NCBI GenBank assembly: GCA_030390025.1
Contig: CM059431.1
Span: 109,494,001 to 109,558,000, forward strand
Length of the DNA stretch: 64,000 nucleotides
Direction: 5' to 3'
From: Squalus acanthias
Lineage: Eukaryota
Part shown: positions 51,156 to 63,540 of the stretch, piece after piece
How the letters are laid out: the number at the start of each line of letters is the position of its first letter
Numbering within the stretch: position 1 is the first letter of the stretch
The notes under the pieces: generated by a model
What the model was told of the DNA's origin: nothing
The model's input: only the letters and a program-made list of their open reading frames with translations
Database searches by the model: none
Position numbers and translations under genes: made by a program

Positions 51156-52689
51156 GGGCTGGATTTTGCCAATGGGGAGCTTTTGGAGGCGGGACTCCCA
51201 CTTGTCGGATTTTAGTCCCGCCTCCATCGACATCTGACCAACCCACGCTATTTTCCCTTGATTGACCTTGTTAAGCCCGCCCAGCGGGTTTAGCAGGCAA
51301 ATTAAGGGAAAGCCGGTGACAGAGAACATCAGCGTATGACGTTTCATCTGTCAAAAGTTTTTGACAGATGAATTGTCATCGTTTGACAGCTTTGAGAAAC
51401 TGTTAAACACTGACATTCTCTGTTGTTTGGTGAGTCCTTGAGCTGGATTTTGATACTGGGGTGGGTTGGGGTCGTGTCATCCACTTTTCGTGTTATCCAC
51501 CCGACTGCAATTGGATGTGGGAGATTGATGTGATTTTCACCTAATTGGGCAATTGAGTTCCAGCATGTGGGAACCCATGACCCAATTAGTGTTTTCAGTC
51601 TGAAAGTCGCCTCTGATGATGTCATCATTGCTGCTGCATTGAAGGTCTGCAAAGACTGCCTGGCCTTTGCTGTAAGAGGACCTGGATGCAAAATGAGCAG
51701 CAGCAGCCCTAAGTCTGTTCCCAGATATTTTTGCACCACCACTCCCAGATATGTCTCCCATCTACCACCACTCCCAGATATGTCTCCCATCCACTACCAC
51801 TCCCAGATCAGCCAGCCAAATAAATGTGCTCCCGCCAGGTTTCACACTCGTGGTTCAGAACAGGCGTGCTTCACGTAGAAAAAGGGTTAAAATCACAAAG
51901 GCCTTTCAAAATGGCATTATAGAGGCAATTTAGTGCTTGTTAAGGGCCTTAACAGCCTATCCTGCCTCTTAGAGGCAGGACAGAGTCGGGACCAGCAGAC
52001 ACGATTTAATGAAAATTGCGTGGAGGCGGGATAGAGGCGGGCTTGTGCCCGCCTGCCAGTTTTTGCAATTTTAACCCCCCACACGCCTCCAAACCCACCT
52101 CCACGGGTCAATGAAAATCCAGCCCCTTGTATTCAAGACTCATCAAACCTATCTGCTGAGCAGAAATCAGATGGCTGTTGCATTGGAGAATGCAGCAGCC
52201 ATTTTATCATCTCTGCCGTTGAGATGCGAGACTCTCCGCATCCCCAACTGTTGAAGCCTGCAGGAAGAAACAAAGGTAAGTAAATATTTTCTATCACTTT
52301 ACACTCATCTCACATATTTACCTCTCCACACTTGCACCCATCACTCACCTCCACAGCGCACTTTTGGACCCCTCCGACCCCCGCAGACCCACTGCTCGCC
52401 TCGCTGACCCTGGCGGGGTTTCCCGACGTCGGGAAGCCCGCACTTGCAGGGGTAAAATGGGAATAATCCTCTTATATGCCTGTTAACTACCTGTTAACTG
52501 GAAGTTAAGTGGCTGTAATCCCCTTCCCGCCTCGGGGAGGCGGCTCCCAGCGCGGGTCGGGTACCCGCCTCCTGGGAAGATGGCACGGAGGCAGGTTGGG
52601 GGCGGGATGGGCACCCGCCCCAGATTCTGCCATTTTCCCGGCAGTCCCGCCTCCAAACCCACCTCCCCAGGGCTGGCAAAATTCCCCCC
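51156..52689 (-). mobile_element. Harbinger-like family X carrying a nested MITE
   Basis: TIRs GGGCTGGATTTTGCCA / TGGCAAAATTCCCCCC with a GTG TSD. Confidence 0.88.
51440..52125. mobile_element. Nested Harbinger-type MITE (686 bp) with an internal ~29-bp tandem repeat
   Basis: TIRs GAGCTGGATTTT / AAAATCCAGCCC and a CTT TSD. The host sequence GAGTCCTT|GTATTCAAG is contiguous across it. CACTCCCAGATATGTCTCCCATC repeats at about 51720-51810. Confidence 0.82.
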
Positions 52690-52920
52690 GTGAAGTGAGA
52701 AATTGATCCCTTTCACCTGATAATGAATTTAATGCAAATGGAAGTATCACCACTGTAGTGACAGAAGCGAGTAATGGGCGATTTTCCTGCACGAGACTAG
52801 AGGAGAGATTTTCAGCTTTATTGCACCCATGAAATGCACAGTGTAGAGGAAATGGAGGCATAGGCCTTTGAACAGGCCTAAACCAGGAGTAGAAATGGTA
52901 ATGAGATACATCCCCAGCTT

Positions 52921-53246
52921 CACAGAATCACAGAATCACAGAATCCCCACAGTGCAGATAGAGGCCATTTCGGCCCATCGAACCTGCACCGACACATATC
53001 CCACCCTATCCCCGTACCCCCACGTATTTAATCCCCCTAACACTAAGGGTCAATTTATCATAGCCAAATCAACCTAACCCGCACATCTTTGGACTGTGGG
53101 AGGAAACCGGAGCACCCGGAGGAAACCCATGCAGACATGGGGAGAATGTGCAAACTCCACACAGACAGTCACCCGTGGCCGGATTCGAACCCGGGTCCCT
53201 GGCGCTGTGAGGCAACAGTGCTAACCACTATGCCACCGTGTTGCCC
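52921..53246 (-). mobile_element. HE1-like V-SINE, full length
   Basis: tRNA A/B boxes (TGGCATAGTGG, GGTTCGAATCC), V-domain GGGTTTCCTCCGGGTGCTCCGGTTTCCTCCCAC, CR1-type tail. Confidence 0.88.
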
Positions 53247-53490
53247 TAGAGTTATACAGCACGGATAGAGGCCCTTCGGCCCATCGTGTCCTACGCACTT
53301 TCCTCCTCATTGGTCTGCGAGGCATCCAGGTAGAATATTGCCCTCCCCAAAAAACTGGCCTCAGGGCTTGTGTTGCTAACCCTGCAAAAGGTACTTGTTG
53401 AGGGTTTGGGGGGAAGCTGGGACAGCCCAAAGGTAGTTGCAGCAGACAGGTACCTTATTGATGTTAAACACTTCTTATGCTCTTCCCACC

Positions 53491-55020
53491 GGGAACGGTA
53501 GCATAGTGGTTATGTTAACATAAGACATTAGAACATAAGACGTAGGACCAGGAGTAGGTCATTTGGCCCCTCGAGCCTGCTCCGCCATTCAATAAGATCA
53601 TGGCTGATCTGATCTTGGCCTCAACTCCACTTCCCTGCCCACTCCCCTAGTTCTAGATTCCCCCACGAGGTGAAACATCCTCTCTGCATCTACCCTGTCA
53701 AGCCCCTTCAGAATCTTATATGTTTCACTAAGATCCCCTCTCATTCTACTAAACTCCAATGAGTATAGGCCCAACCTGCGCAACCTTTCTTCATAAGACA
53801 ACCCCTTCATCTCCGGAATCAACCTCGTGAACCTTCTCTGAACTGCCTCCAATGCAAGTATATCCTTCCTTAAATAAGGAGACCAAAACTGTACGCAGTA
53901 CTCCAGGTATGGTCTCACCAACGCTCTGTACAGTTGTAACAGGACTTCCCTACTTTTATACTCCATTCCCTTTGCAATAAAGGCCAACACTCCATTTGCC
54001 TTCCTAATTACTTGCTGTACCCGTATGCTAACTTTTTGTGATTCATGTACAAGGACCACCAGATCCCTCTGTACCTCAGCATTTTGTAATCTCTCCCCAT
54101 TTAAATAATAATTAGCTTTTTTATTTTTCCTACCAAAGTGGATAACCTCGCATTTTCCCACATTAAACTCCATCTGCCAGATTTTTGCCCACTCACTTAG
54201 CCTATCTATATCCCTTTGGAGATTCTTTGCGTCCTCCACACAATTTGCTTTCCCACCTATCTTTGTATCATCAGCAAATTTGGCTACATTACACTCAGTC
54301 CCTTCATCCAAGTCATTAATATAGATTGTAAATAGTTGAGGCCCCAGCACTGATCCCTGCGGCACCCCACTAGTTACAGTTTGCCAACCTGAAAATGACC
54401 CATTTATCCCGACTCTCTGTTTTCTATTAGTTAACCAATCCTCTATCCATGCTAATATATTACCCCCAACCCTGTGAGCTCTTATCTTATGTAGTAACCT
54501 TTTATGTGGCACCTTATCGAATGCCTTCTGGAAATCCAAATACATGACATCTACTGGTTCCCCTTTATCCACCCTGCTCGTTACATCCTCAAAGAACTCC
54601 AGCAAATTTGTCAAACATGTTGCTGGACTAGTAATCCAGAGGCCTGGAGACATGAGTTCAAATTCAGTTAATTAAATAAATCTGGAATAATTAAATAAAT
54701 CTGGAATTAAAAAGCTAGTATCAGTAATGGTGACCATGAAACTACCGGATTGTCGTAAAAACCCATCTGGTTCACTAATGTCCTTTAGGGAAGGAAATCT
54801 GCCATTCTTACCTGGTCTGGCCTCCATGTGACTCCAGACCCACAGCAATGTGGTTGACTCTTAGCTGCCCCCTGAAATGGCCCAGCAAGGTACTCAGTTG
54901 TACCAAACCGCTACAAAGAACAACGGTTCAAGAAGGCGGCTCACCACCACCTTCTCAAGGGCAATTAGGGATGGGTGATAAATGCTGGCCTTGCCGGTGA
55001 GGCTCGCATCCCATGAACAA
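53491..55020 (+). mobile_element. tRNA-derived SINE split by a CR1 insertion (53491-53516 plus 54617-55020)
   Basis: A-box TAGCATAGTGG, body CTGGTTCACTAATGTCCTTTAGGGAAGG, and a 3' tail shared with the second CR1-clade family. Confidence 0.75.
53517..54616 (-). mobile_element. CR1 LINE fragment inserted in a SINE, with an internal deletion near the 3' end
   Basis: RT motifs in ORF 53598-54653. ATGTT TSD at 53512-53516 and 54617-54621. Confidence 0.9.
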
Positions 55021-55929
55021 ATAAATTTAAAAAAAACACTCTCCAGTAGCCATATTCTGGCAACCAGGAGTGTTGCTGTGCCCTCCCCTCCCACCTCAGC
55101 ACAAGGGAAACAGAGCACTCCTCTCCCCTCACAGGCACAGCACATTGCAGGTGAACTCTTCCTGTCAAGCGCCCAGTAACAACCCAAACAGGAAAATATA
55201 CCCTCACGAGTTTAATGGCAATTGCAGTGCTGAGCAGGAGGAGAGGGTCTTCTAAGAATGCTGATGGCATAGGATGTGCAAGACCCAAGCAAGTACTACC
55301 CCCCCAGGCAATGGGTCTACTGCGACAAAGTAAGTACATGAGAAGGCTCTGATTCCCCAGGGAGACAGAAACGTACCACATGGTAAACAGTCCACTATCT
55401 GTTCTGCATTACCAGTGGCACTGAGGATGACCATGGCACTCAACTTTTATGGCACAAGGGCTTTATGGCATCCGGGCCATCTCAGGTCACTCACTGCTTG
55501 TTTTGGATAATTGATGCTTTCGTTCCTGTACTATTAAAGAATGACAAATTGCAAGCTGTGTTAAATTTCACGACATTTCTCAAAACCCGTTGTGTATCTG
55601 TTTACTATGTTTTACTCCCACATTTGCCTATTGTGTGTCATGAATTTAATGTTGTCTGACCATGTATCCTACTACAAAGTGCACCCCTAGATGACAAAGT
55701 ACAACTTCTGAATGGCTGCATGGCCAACTGGTGAGGAGCAGGGGTTACAGAAGGCCCACTACAGCGAGTAACGCTGATCTAGCTCCAGTACTTGAGTATA
55801 TCCCTTGCTCTCATTGCTTTCAAAAGCAATGCCTACAGTCACTTCTGTAGGGCTACTTGATATTACAGAACCAGCACCAGCATGAGAGGCAACCAGCTGC
55901 TCCTATGCTAGCCCAAGTAAGAAAGAAAA

Positions 55930-56230
55930 GAAAGACCTTAGGACATCTCAAAGCACTTTACAGCCAATGACATACTTTTAAAGTGTAGTCACTGTTGCAA
56001 TGTAGGAAACGCGGCAGCCAATTTGCGCACAGCAAGCTCCCACAAACAGCAATGTGATAATGACCAGATATTTCGTTTTAGTGATGTTGATTGAGTGATA
56101 AATATTGGCCAGGACACCGGGGATAACTCCCCTGCTCTTCTTCGAGATAGTGCCATGGGATCTTTAACGTCCACCTGAGAGAGCAGACAGAGCCTCGGAT
56201 TAATGTCTCATCCGAAAGATGGCACCTCCA
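55930..56230 (-). mobile_element. DeuSINE-like SINE, headless copy
   Basis: Homologous to 4810-5080. Confidence 0.78.
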
Positions 56231-56394
56231 AGGAATGTCTCCGCTGGAGTGCATCTTGTTATAATGCTCCCTGATCTGTATAAATGTAGAGCAGTGGCTA
56301 TCTGTGAGGACTCAGAATCTTTTCTGAGAATGATTGCATGGAACTGCAAGTTGAAACCAGCCATAGTTTCATCTTTTAAGTTTAGACCCTAAAG

Positions 56395-56718
56395 CTTCCT
56401 CCAGCCCTACAACCCTCTGAGATCTCTGCGCTCCTCCAATTCTGCTCTCTTGAGCATCCCGATTTTCTTCACTCCACCATTGGTGGCCGTGCATTCAGCT
56501 GCCTAAGCCTTAAGCTCTGGAATTCCCTCCTTAAACCTCTCTTTCCTTCTTTAAGACGCTCCTTAAAACCTACCTCTTTGACCCAGCTTTTGGTCACCTG
56601 TCCTAATATCTCCTTATGTGGCTCGGGGTCAAATTTTTGTTCAATAACACTCCTGTGAAGCTCCTTGGGATATTTTACTACTTTAAAAACACTATATAAA
56701 TGCAAGTTGTTGTTGTAA
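56395..56718 (+). mobile_element. L2-clade LINE 3' end
   Basis: LRSS...GGRAFS...LWNSL...FKTLLKTYLF; ends CTATATAAATGCAAG(TTG)n. Confidence 0.78.
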
Positions 56719-57364
56719 GTGCAGTGGGAGCAATTAAAAGATGCTCCTGCTATATCTATGACCTGAAAAATTGAAGTTGCCACTCCAGATGTCACCATGT
56801 TATCAATGGCATCACATCTGGCCTCCAATTGGTGCTAATTATCAACACTACAAAAATCTTTGCCCCACAGGATGTGCTGCTATTATTTGCACCATTATAC
56901 AATTGCTATGTATGGGCATGTCAATGTTAATTATGCAAATTATAGAATATATAATTAATATGGTACGTGCCAATAGTTACACAAAATCCCTCCATGGTCC
57001 CAATGCCTTCCAGACGCTCCTTGCAAAATAAACCAATTATAGTTTCTTCGTATGGTGTCAGGTTATTCATATGATAGGCTCCACTACCTGTTCACAATGT
57101 GCCTTCCTATTATGAATGTAAGAGCATTGGAGATTAAGACAGGGCGATTTCACACATAGCAGTTACTTCCTGTGGTATATTCTCTTTCCCATCCAGCCAT
57201 CCACAATGTCATTTGCATAACGCTGCTAGTTTCATTATTAATGCCTTACAAACCACATTCTTGAAAACATTTCTCTTGACAGTGCAGCATTTTAGCATCT
57301 TTATGTATACTGCCTTCCTCAGCGCTCACATGTCCTGTGCTATTACTGTCTAGTACCATGCACA

Positions 57365-57590
57365 CCTTACCTTTGCACTCTTCTTTTATATTCTTCAGCT
57401 TCTTCTGGACCTCTGCCACAATCCTTCAGGCAGTTGGCACCAGCTGACCATTTCAGTGATCTACTATGCCTCCGCTGCAAAACGCTGGGCTGTCCCTGCC
57501 TTACCAAAACCTGCTCATATTTCTCCAAAAACATAGGTTCCCAGTATATGCAAGGCCTGGTCAGTAAAATGGGTTTTTCTCAATTAATGC
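57365..57590 (-). pseudogene. Very old Myb/SANT (Harbinger/NAIF1-like) remnant
   Basis: Frameshifted minus-strand reading ...HFTDQALHIL...VAEVQKKLKNIKEECK followed by the donor GTAAG. Confidence 0.4.
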
Positions 57591-58884
57591 ACAAAATTTG
57601 GACACTTGTCCAGTTACTTTAACTTTTTGACATTTCAGTGGATTAAGTGGCTCTTCAGCTGCTTGAGAAAAGTTAAAACATCTTTGCAGATTGGTTGGTT
57701 GCTAGATTTTTGGTACAGCTAATTAAATCATATTCTACAGGCCACGTGATTAAACACCATAAATTTTACACAGTTAGTTACCAGGTTATACATTATGATT
57801 AAAAAAGGACATTTCTCCTACTTTAAAAAGATTAGCAAAACCTAGCCTGTAGGATATTTTAATCCCTTTTTGTGAACATTATTCCCAAGATTTGGAATGA
57901 GTGCTTCAAAATTTAGTATTTTTCACTTACACTCAATCACAGAATCAAAAACTCTCCCAAATCAGATTCGTAGCTCTTTCTATACTAGCCCAACAATGCG
58001 CTTCAGCCACAACTTGCCACTGGCATTTTATTTCCGTTAGCTAAAGCTTAAAAGAGGCCTGTTAATTGGTAGCCATTGAGTTATTGGATGTCGCTTGGTC
58101 TAAAGTAATGTTTCTTTTAACCTGTGAAATGGCTGATATTGCAGCCTGTATACAAGGCTGTTGAGTTAATGTTGGTGTCAGGGTGTATGGTGAGTGAATG
58201 TGTTTGAGTGATGATTGAATGGTCTTCTGTCACCATGAGACACCTTGACAATGGGTGTAGACATCAAGTAACTTTTCTGCATTTCAAAGCTCTAACCCTA
58301 AACTCTGGGAGAAATAAGTCGTTGGAATTGCAAGTCATAAAAAACCTAGATTTGGTTTCATTTTAATATTCTCTTTTCACACATCATCTCTCCTTTTATG
58401 ACCTGTCCAATTGAGATTGCTCAATTACTGCTGAATTATGAATAGGATTGTGATAAAGACAGGCATCCATGGGAACTGGACTGAGACTGCCCAAACCCAT
58501 TTCACTATGGATATTAACACATGACATCACTGCTGGTGCCAGTAAAGTTTTATTTGATAGGCAGCTGGGACTTTGACTAGAACAGCGCAAATATTCATCA
58601 TGGCTTTATTTGATCTGTTCTATTACATCCAGTTTACATTTTGGTATGCTGCATTGACTTGATGTAATGTTGCAGATAACCCTTAGCCTGCCAATTATGG
58701 ATTTCTACTCTGTATTTAAATGGATTTACAGCAGGTTTAGGGTTAATGATACTTGAACTTATTTACTGATGTATCAGCTACTTTTATTTTTATACTTGTG
58801 TTCGTTTGTCTTTACTTTGTGAGTGTTGGCAGTATTGAGTGATAAAAACATTCTTTGACTTCCCAACTGGTGACACCATCCTCT

Positions 58885-59185
58885 TTTTTTATTCGTTCCT
58901 GGGATGTGGGCATTGCAGGCAAGGCCAGCATTTATTGCCCATCCCTAATTGTCCTTGAGAAGGTGGTGGTGAGCTGCCTTCTTGAACAGCTGCAGTCCGT
59001 GAGGTGAAGGTACTCCCACAGTGCTGTTAGGGGGGGAGTTCCAGGATTTTGACCCAGCGACGATGAAGGAATGGCCCGATATATTTCCAAGTCAGGATGG
59101 CGTGTGACTTGGAGGGGAACTTGGAGGTGGTGTTGTTCCCATGCGCCTGCTGCCCTTGTCCTTCTAGTGGTAGAGGTCGCGGGTG
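58885..59185 (-). mobile_element. Second CR1-clade LINE family, 3' fragment
   Basis: Near-identical to 37855-38150. Confidence 0.8.
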
Positions 59186-59274
59186 CTGTCAAAGAAGTGC
59201 AATTTCTCTTTTAATGAAAAAGGGGAGAGTTTCATCTTGCCCACACCTCCTTTGTGTGCTGTACAGAATATGCA

Positions 59275-59568
59275 GGATTAGGGGCCATCGTCTAAAAATT
59301 AGAGCCAGGCCTTTCAGGAGTGAAGTTAGAAAACACTTCTACCTGCAAACGGTGGTAGAAGTTTGGAACTCTCTTCTGCAAACAGCAATTGACGCTTGGT
59401 CAATTGTTAATTTTAAATCTGAGATTGATAGATTTTTGTTAACCAAAGGTATTAAGGAATATGGGGTAAAGGCGGGTAGATGGAGTTAGGTCACAGATCA
59501 GCCATGATCTCATTGAATGGCAGAACAGGCTCGAGGGGCTGAATGGCCTACTCCTGTTCCTATGTTCC
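59275..59568 (+). mobile_element. CR1 3' fragment
   Basis: RGHRLKIRARPFRSEVRKHF...WNSL plus a CR1 tail. Confidence 0.82.
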
Positions 59569-60247
59569 TCTGCTTGATGTCATGTGCAATTTTCATTGCA
59601 TGACCCTTATGATAGTCAACAGCACAGCTTCAGTGCAATAGCTCTGTCCAGGTAACATGGGGTTTTCATTCCTCTTGCATTCCATACTGATGGGCTTGCC
59701 GAAAGAGTTTGCCAAAAATTATTATTTTGCATTTTATATATTTCCTACATGCAAAGTCAGGATTTTTCCCAAGTTGGAATCATTAATCAGCGGTAAATCC
59801 AACAAAATATCTGTTTCAGTGTTAGAACTACAAGTTGGAGAGTATTGGGTTGATTATTCCATTAGCCAAAATATGAACTCCCTGCCCTCTGTTTCGCAGG
59901 GAGCTGGGGAAGGTATGCCAAGGATAACAGGCGTATTGACCTCAAAGGTTGAAAGTGGCTCCATAATTTTTGTAACACCCTCCCCCCCACAAACCTGGAA
60001 GAGAGGCCAAATTTCCCAGCAGCCTGAGTCAAACAGGCATCCAAGAATTGCCCAAAGGTGCAGGCACCTGGCACACCCACATAACTTTGTTTTTTCTTTT
60101 TGCGATGCATTGCAATTTTGGGAAACCAGCCACCTGGTAGAAGTGTTGCGCCCTCTCACATTGTTCACTCCTTTCCATGAAGACGGTAACAAATATTTTC
60201 GTCTGATGAACCAGGCTGTAGAGATGTGCCTAATGCATGGGGGTACA

Positions 60248-60364
60248 GTCATCCTGGGTCCCGTCCTTGCTCCTGGGCCTCGTCCTCTCTCCTGGGTCCC
60301 ATCCTCGCTCCTGGGCTTCGTCCTCACTCCTGGGTCCCGTCTTCGCTCCTGGGCCTCGACCTTG
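60248..60364. repeat. Minisatellite, 18-bp unit (CTCCTGGGTCCCGTCCTC-like), about 6 copies
   Basis: Units alternate GGGTCCC and GGGCCTC/GGGCTTC, giving a 36-bp higher-order period. Confidence 0.8.
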
Positions 60365-62301
60365 CTAACGTCGTGGTTGTCGGCTAGCTGCTGGATCTCC
60401 TGCGCTTTCTCCACCAGCCATCTGTTCTTTAGGTCGCGGGTTTTTTGTTGGACCTCGGCCTTCAGGCGTCTGTAGAGCTGCTTTCTTGCTCTCGAGTTCT
60501 GTTGAAGTTTCCAGATCAGGAAAGCCTTGCGCTTGTGGCTTATTAACTCCTGGATCTCCTGGTCGTTCTCGTCGAACCAATCTTGGCGTTTTCTGATCGA
60601 GTGACCGAGAGTCTCTTCATAGGTGCTAATTATGGAGGCCTTGATTTCTCTTATTTGGAAGGAGGAGAGCATGCCAGGGGATCTCAGAGACACCGTAATC
60701 GTGACTATCTTCAAGAAAGGTGATAAGTCCGATTGCGGCAATTACAGAGGAGTCTCCCTGCTGTCTGCCACAGGAAAAGTCATCACAAGAATCCTCCTCA
60801 ATCATCTTCTCCCAGAGGCTGAAGAGCTCCTCCCAGAGTCGCAATGCGGATTCTGCCCACTAAGGGGCACAATGGACATGATCTTCACCGCACATCAATT
60901 ACAAGAGAAATGCAGGGAACAGCACCAACTGCTGTGCATGGCCTTCTTTGACCTCACAAAGGCCTTCGACACTGTCAACCGTGAGGGATTATGGAGTGGC
61001 CTCCTCAAATTCAGCTGCCCTCAAAAGTTTGTCACCATCTCCCGCCTGCTTCACGACGACATGCAAGTCGTGATCCTGACCAACGGATCCACCACAGACC
61101 CAATTCACGTACGGACCAGGGTCAAGCAAGGCTGTGTCATTGCTCCAACGCTCTTCTCGAACTTCCTTGCTGCAATGCTCCATTTCACCCTCAGTAAGCT
61201 CCCCGCTGGAGTGGAGCTAATCTACAGAATAAATGGGAAACTGTTCAACCTCCGTCGCCTCCAGTCCAGATCCAAGGTCATCCCATCCTCTGTCATCGAA
61301 TTACAGTATGCAGACGATGCTTGTGTCTGCGCACACTTGGAGGTCGAACTCCAAACCATCGTCAACATCTTCACCGAAGCATTCGAGAGCATGGGCCTTA
61401 CACTAAACATTCGTAAGACAAAGGTCCTCTACCAATCTGCCCACGCCACACAGTACTGCTCCCCGATTATCAAAATCCATGACGAGGCCTTGGACAACGT
61501 GGACCACTTTCCATACCTCGGGAGCCTACTGTCAGCAAGGGCAGACATCGATGACGAAGTCCAACACCGCCTTCAGTGTGCCAGTGCAGCCTTCGGTCAC
61601 CTGAGGAAGAGAGTGTTTGAAGACCAGGACCTCAAACCCAGCACCAAGCTCATGGTCTACAGAGCAGTAGTGATACCCGCCCTCCTGTATGCTTCAGAGA
61701 CATGGACCATGTACAGCAGGCACCTCAAAGCACTGGAGAGGTACCACCAACGCTGCCTCCGCAAGATCCTGCAAATCCATTGGCAGAATAGGCGCACCAA
61801 CGTCAGTATTCTCGTTCAGGCCAACATCCCCAGCATCGAAGCTTTGACCACGCTCGATCAGCTCCGATGGATGGGCCACATCGTCTGCATGCCTGATACG
61901 AGACTCCCAAAACAAGCGCTCTACTCGGAGCTCCGACACGGCAAGAGAGCCCCAGGTGGGCAGAGGAAATGCTTTAAGGACACCCTCAAAGCCTCCTTGA
62001 AAAAGTGCAACATCCCCACCGATACCTGGGAATCCTTGGCCCAAGACCGCACAAAGTGGAGGAGAAGCATCCGGGAAGGTGCCGAACACCTCGAGTCTCT
62101 TCGCCGGGAGCAAGCGGAAGCCAAGCGCAAACAGCGGAAGGAGCGCACGTCAACCCAAGAACCCCACCCACCCGCCCCTTCAACCACCATCTGCCCCACC
62201 TGTGTCAGAGACTGTATTGGACTCATCAGTCACCTGAAAACTCATTTTTAGTGTGGAAGCAAGTCATCCTCGGTTCCGAGGGACTGCTTAAGAAGAAGAA
62301 G
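60363..62301 (+). mobile_element. RTE/BovB-like LINE, 5'-truncated with a 5' inversion
   Basis: Open RT frame to 62251 (KKGDKSDCGNYRGVSLLS, FFDLTKAFD, LQYADD, FPYLGS, LRWMGH). The inverted upstream piece at about 60363-60648 encodes RKRQDWFDEND. The tail is (AAG)n. Confidence 0.92.
60648..62251 (+). CDS. RTE-clade reverse transcriptase, uninterrupted but 5'-truncated
   Basis: The ORF track gives 60623-62251 (542 aa); the first few codons derive from the inverted segment. Contains YADD and a C-terminal CPTC...H motif. Confidence 0.8.
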
Positions 62302-62500
62302 GTAGTTTGGAATGACCTAGTAGCATAAAGGTTCAACACAGTGTTGACTTTGATTGCAAGGGTACGAACTGTCCCCGTGCTGGATGTAGTTTGCTGATCA
62401 GGCTCCAGTAGACTGCAGTGCTCAGTGACCGCCACCCTGCTGAACCGTAGATGTCGAAGGCAGGTCTCTTCCGACATGCCCAGTAGATGTTGAAGGCTTG
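62302..62500 (-). pseudogene. Harbinger transposase (HARBI1-type) N-terminal remnant interrupted by the RTE element
   Basis: MSEETCLRHLRFSRVAVTEHCSLL...KVNTVLNLYATRSFQ matches the Harbinger nuclease N-terminal motif. A likely continuation, CIRHISTAWFIRRKY, lies at about 60190-60240 on the minus strand. Confidence 0.7.
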
Positions 62501-62774
62501 CCCAAGCGGTTGTGCCTGTGTCGTATCATGTGAGTCCTGAGCTGCCGGAGGTGTCAGCCCACCTCCCTTACCTCCCTCCACAAGGCCTCCTCTTCCTTCG
62601 CCAAATCCAGCAGAGCCATTAGCAGGCTCGATGGAAGGCCCATGCTCAGCACTGCACTTGCATCTACTGGTGGTAGCAAGAATGCTGCTGTTGGAGGTAT
62701 GCACCGAAGAAGCACGGAATTGCAGCAAAACTGCAGTAAAGAGCAGAAAAACTAAAAGCACTAAAAGAAAAAGA

Positions 62775-63138
62775 GAGACTTGCATTTATATAGCGCCTTT
62801 CACGACCTCAGGATGTCCCATAGCGCTTAACAGCCAATGAAGTACTTTTGAAGTGTAGTCACTGTTGTAATGTAGGAAACGCGGCAGCTAATTTGCGCAC
62901 AGCAAGCTCCCACAAACAGCAATGTGATAATGACCAGATAATCTGCTTTAGTAATGTTGATTGAGGGATAAATATTGGCCAGGGCACCAGGGATAACTCC
63001 CCTGCTCTTCTTTGAAATAGTGCCATGGGATTTTTTATGCCCACTTGAGAGAGCAGATGTTGGTTTAATGTCTCATCTGAAAGACGGCACCTCCGACAGT
63101 CCAGCACTCCCTCAGCACTGCACTGGAGTGTCAGCCTA
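62775..63138 (-). mobile_element. DeuSINE-like SINE, headless copy
   Basis: Homologous to 4771-5120. Confidence 0.8.
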
Positions 63139-63147
63139 GCTCTAAGT

Positions 63148-63540
63148 TAGTTTGCCAACTCTTTAGGATTGTCCTGGAGTCTCCTAGGAATTGAAGTTTA
63201 ATCTCCAGGACACAGCTGCGAGCAACCAGGGAGAAAAAGCATAGGGGGCATTAAAATAATTGTCAAATTTTTTCATTTTCTTTGAACGTTTTCATTTATT
63301 AGTTGTATGAATATTGGAGATGGAGGCGGCGGGGGGTGGGGGGAGGAATGTTTGTTTAACTGACAGTCAAGAATAACCCAATTGGGTAACAAAGAACCGG
63401 TTCGCTTTCCAATTGGCCGTGGGAAGGCAGTGCGCCCGGAGAATTGACCAATGGTGGGAACGTGGAGGCGGGACGGTTGGAGGTGGGAGGTCTTGTGATG
63501 GAAGCTCCAGGAATACATCCAATCAGAGTGGGCGACCCTA
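63148..63540. mobile_element. hAT-like MITE (TAGGGTTGCCA-type TIRs); an end fragment also lies at 7482-7546
   Basis: TAGTTTGCCAACTCT ... AGAGTGGGCGACCCTA. No clear 8-bp TSD. Confidence 0.5.

Noticed and set aside
51720..51810. CRISPR-like array
   Set aside because: It is a short tandem repeat without unique spacers, inside a eukaryotic MITE.
53180..53246. tRNA gene
   Set aside because: It is the tRNA-derived head of an HE1-like SINE and is followed directly by the SINE body.
59657..60741. Long ORFs 59657-60475 (+) and 59854-60741 (-) as host genes
   Set aside because: They are chimeric read-through of the inverted RTE segment, the minisatellite and decayed transposon sequence.
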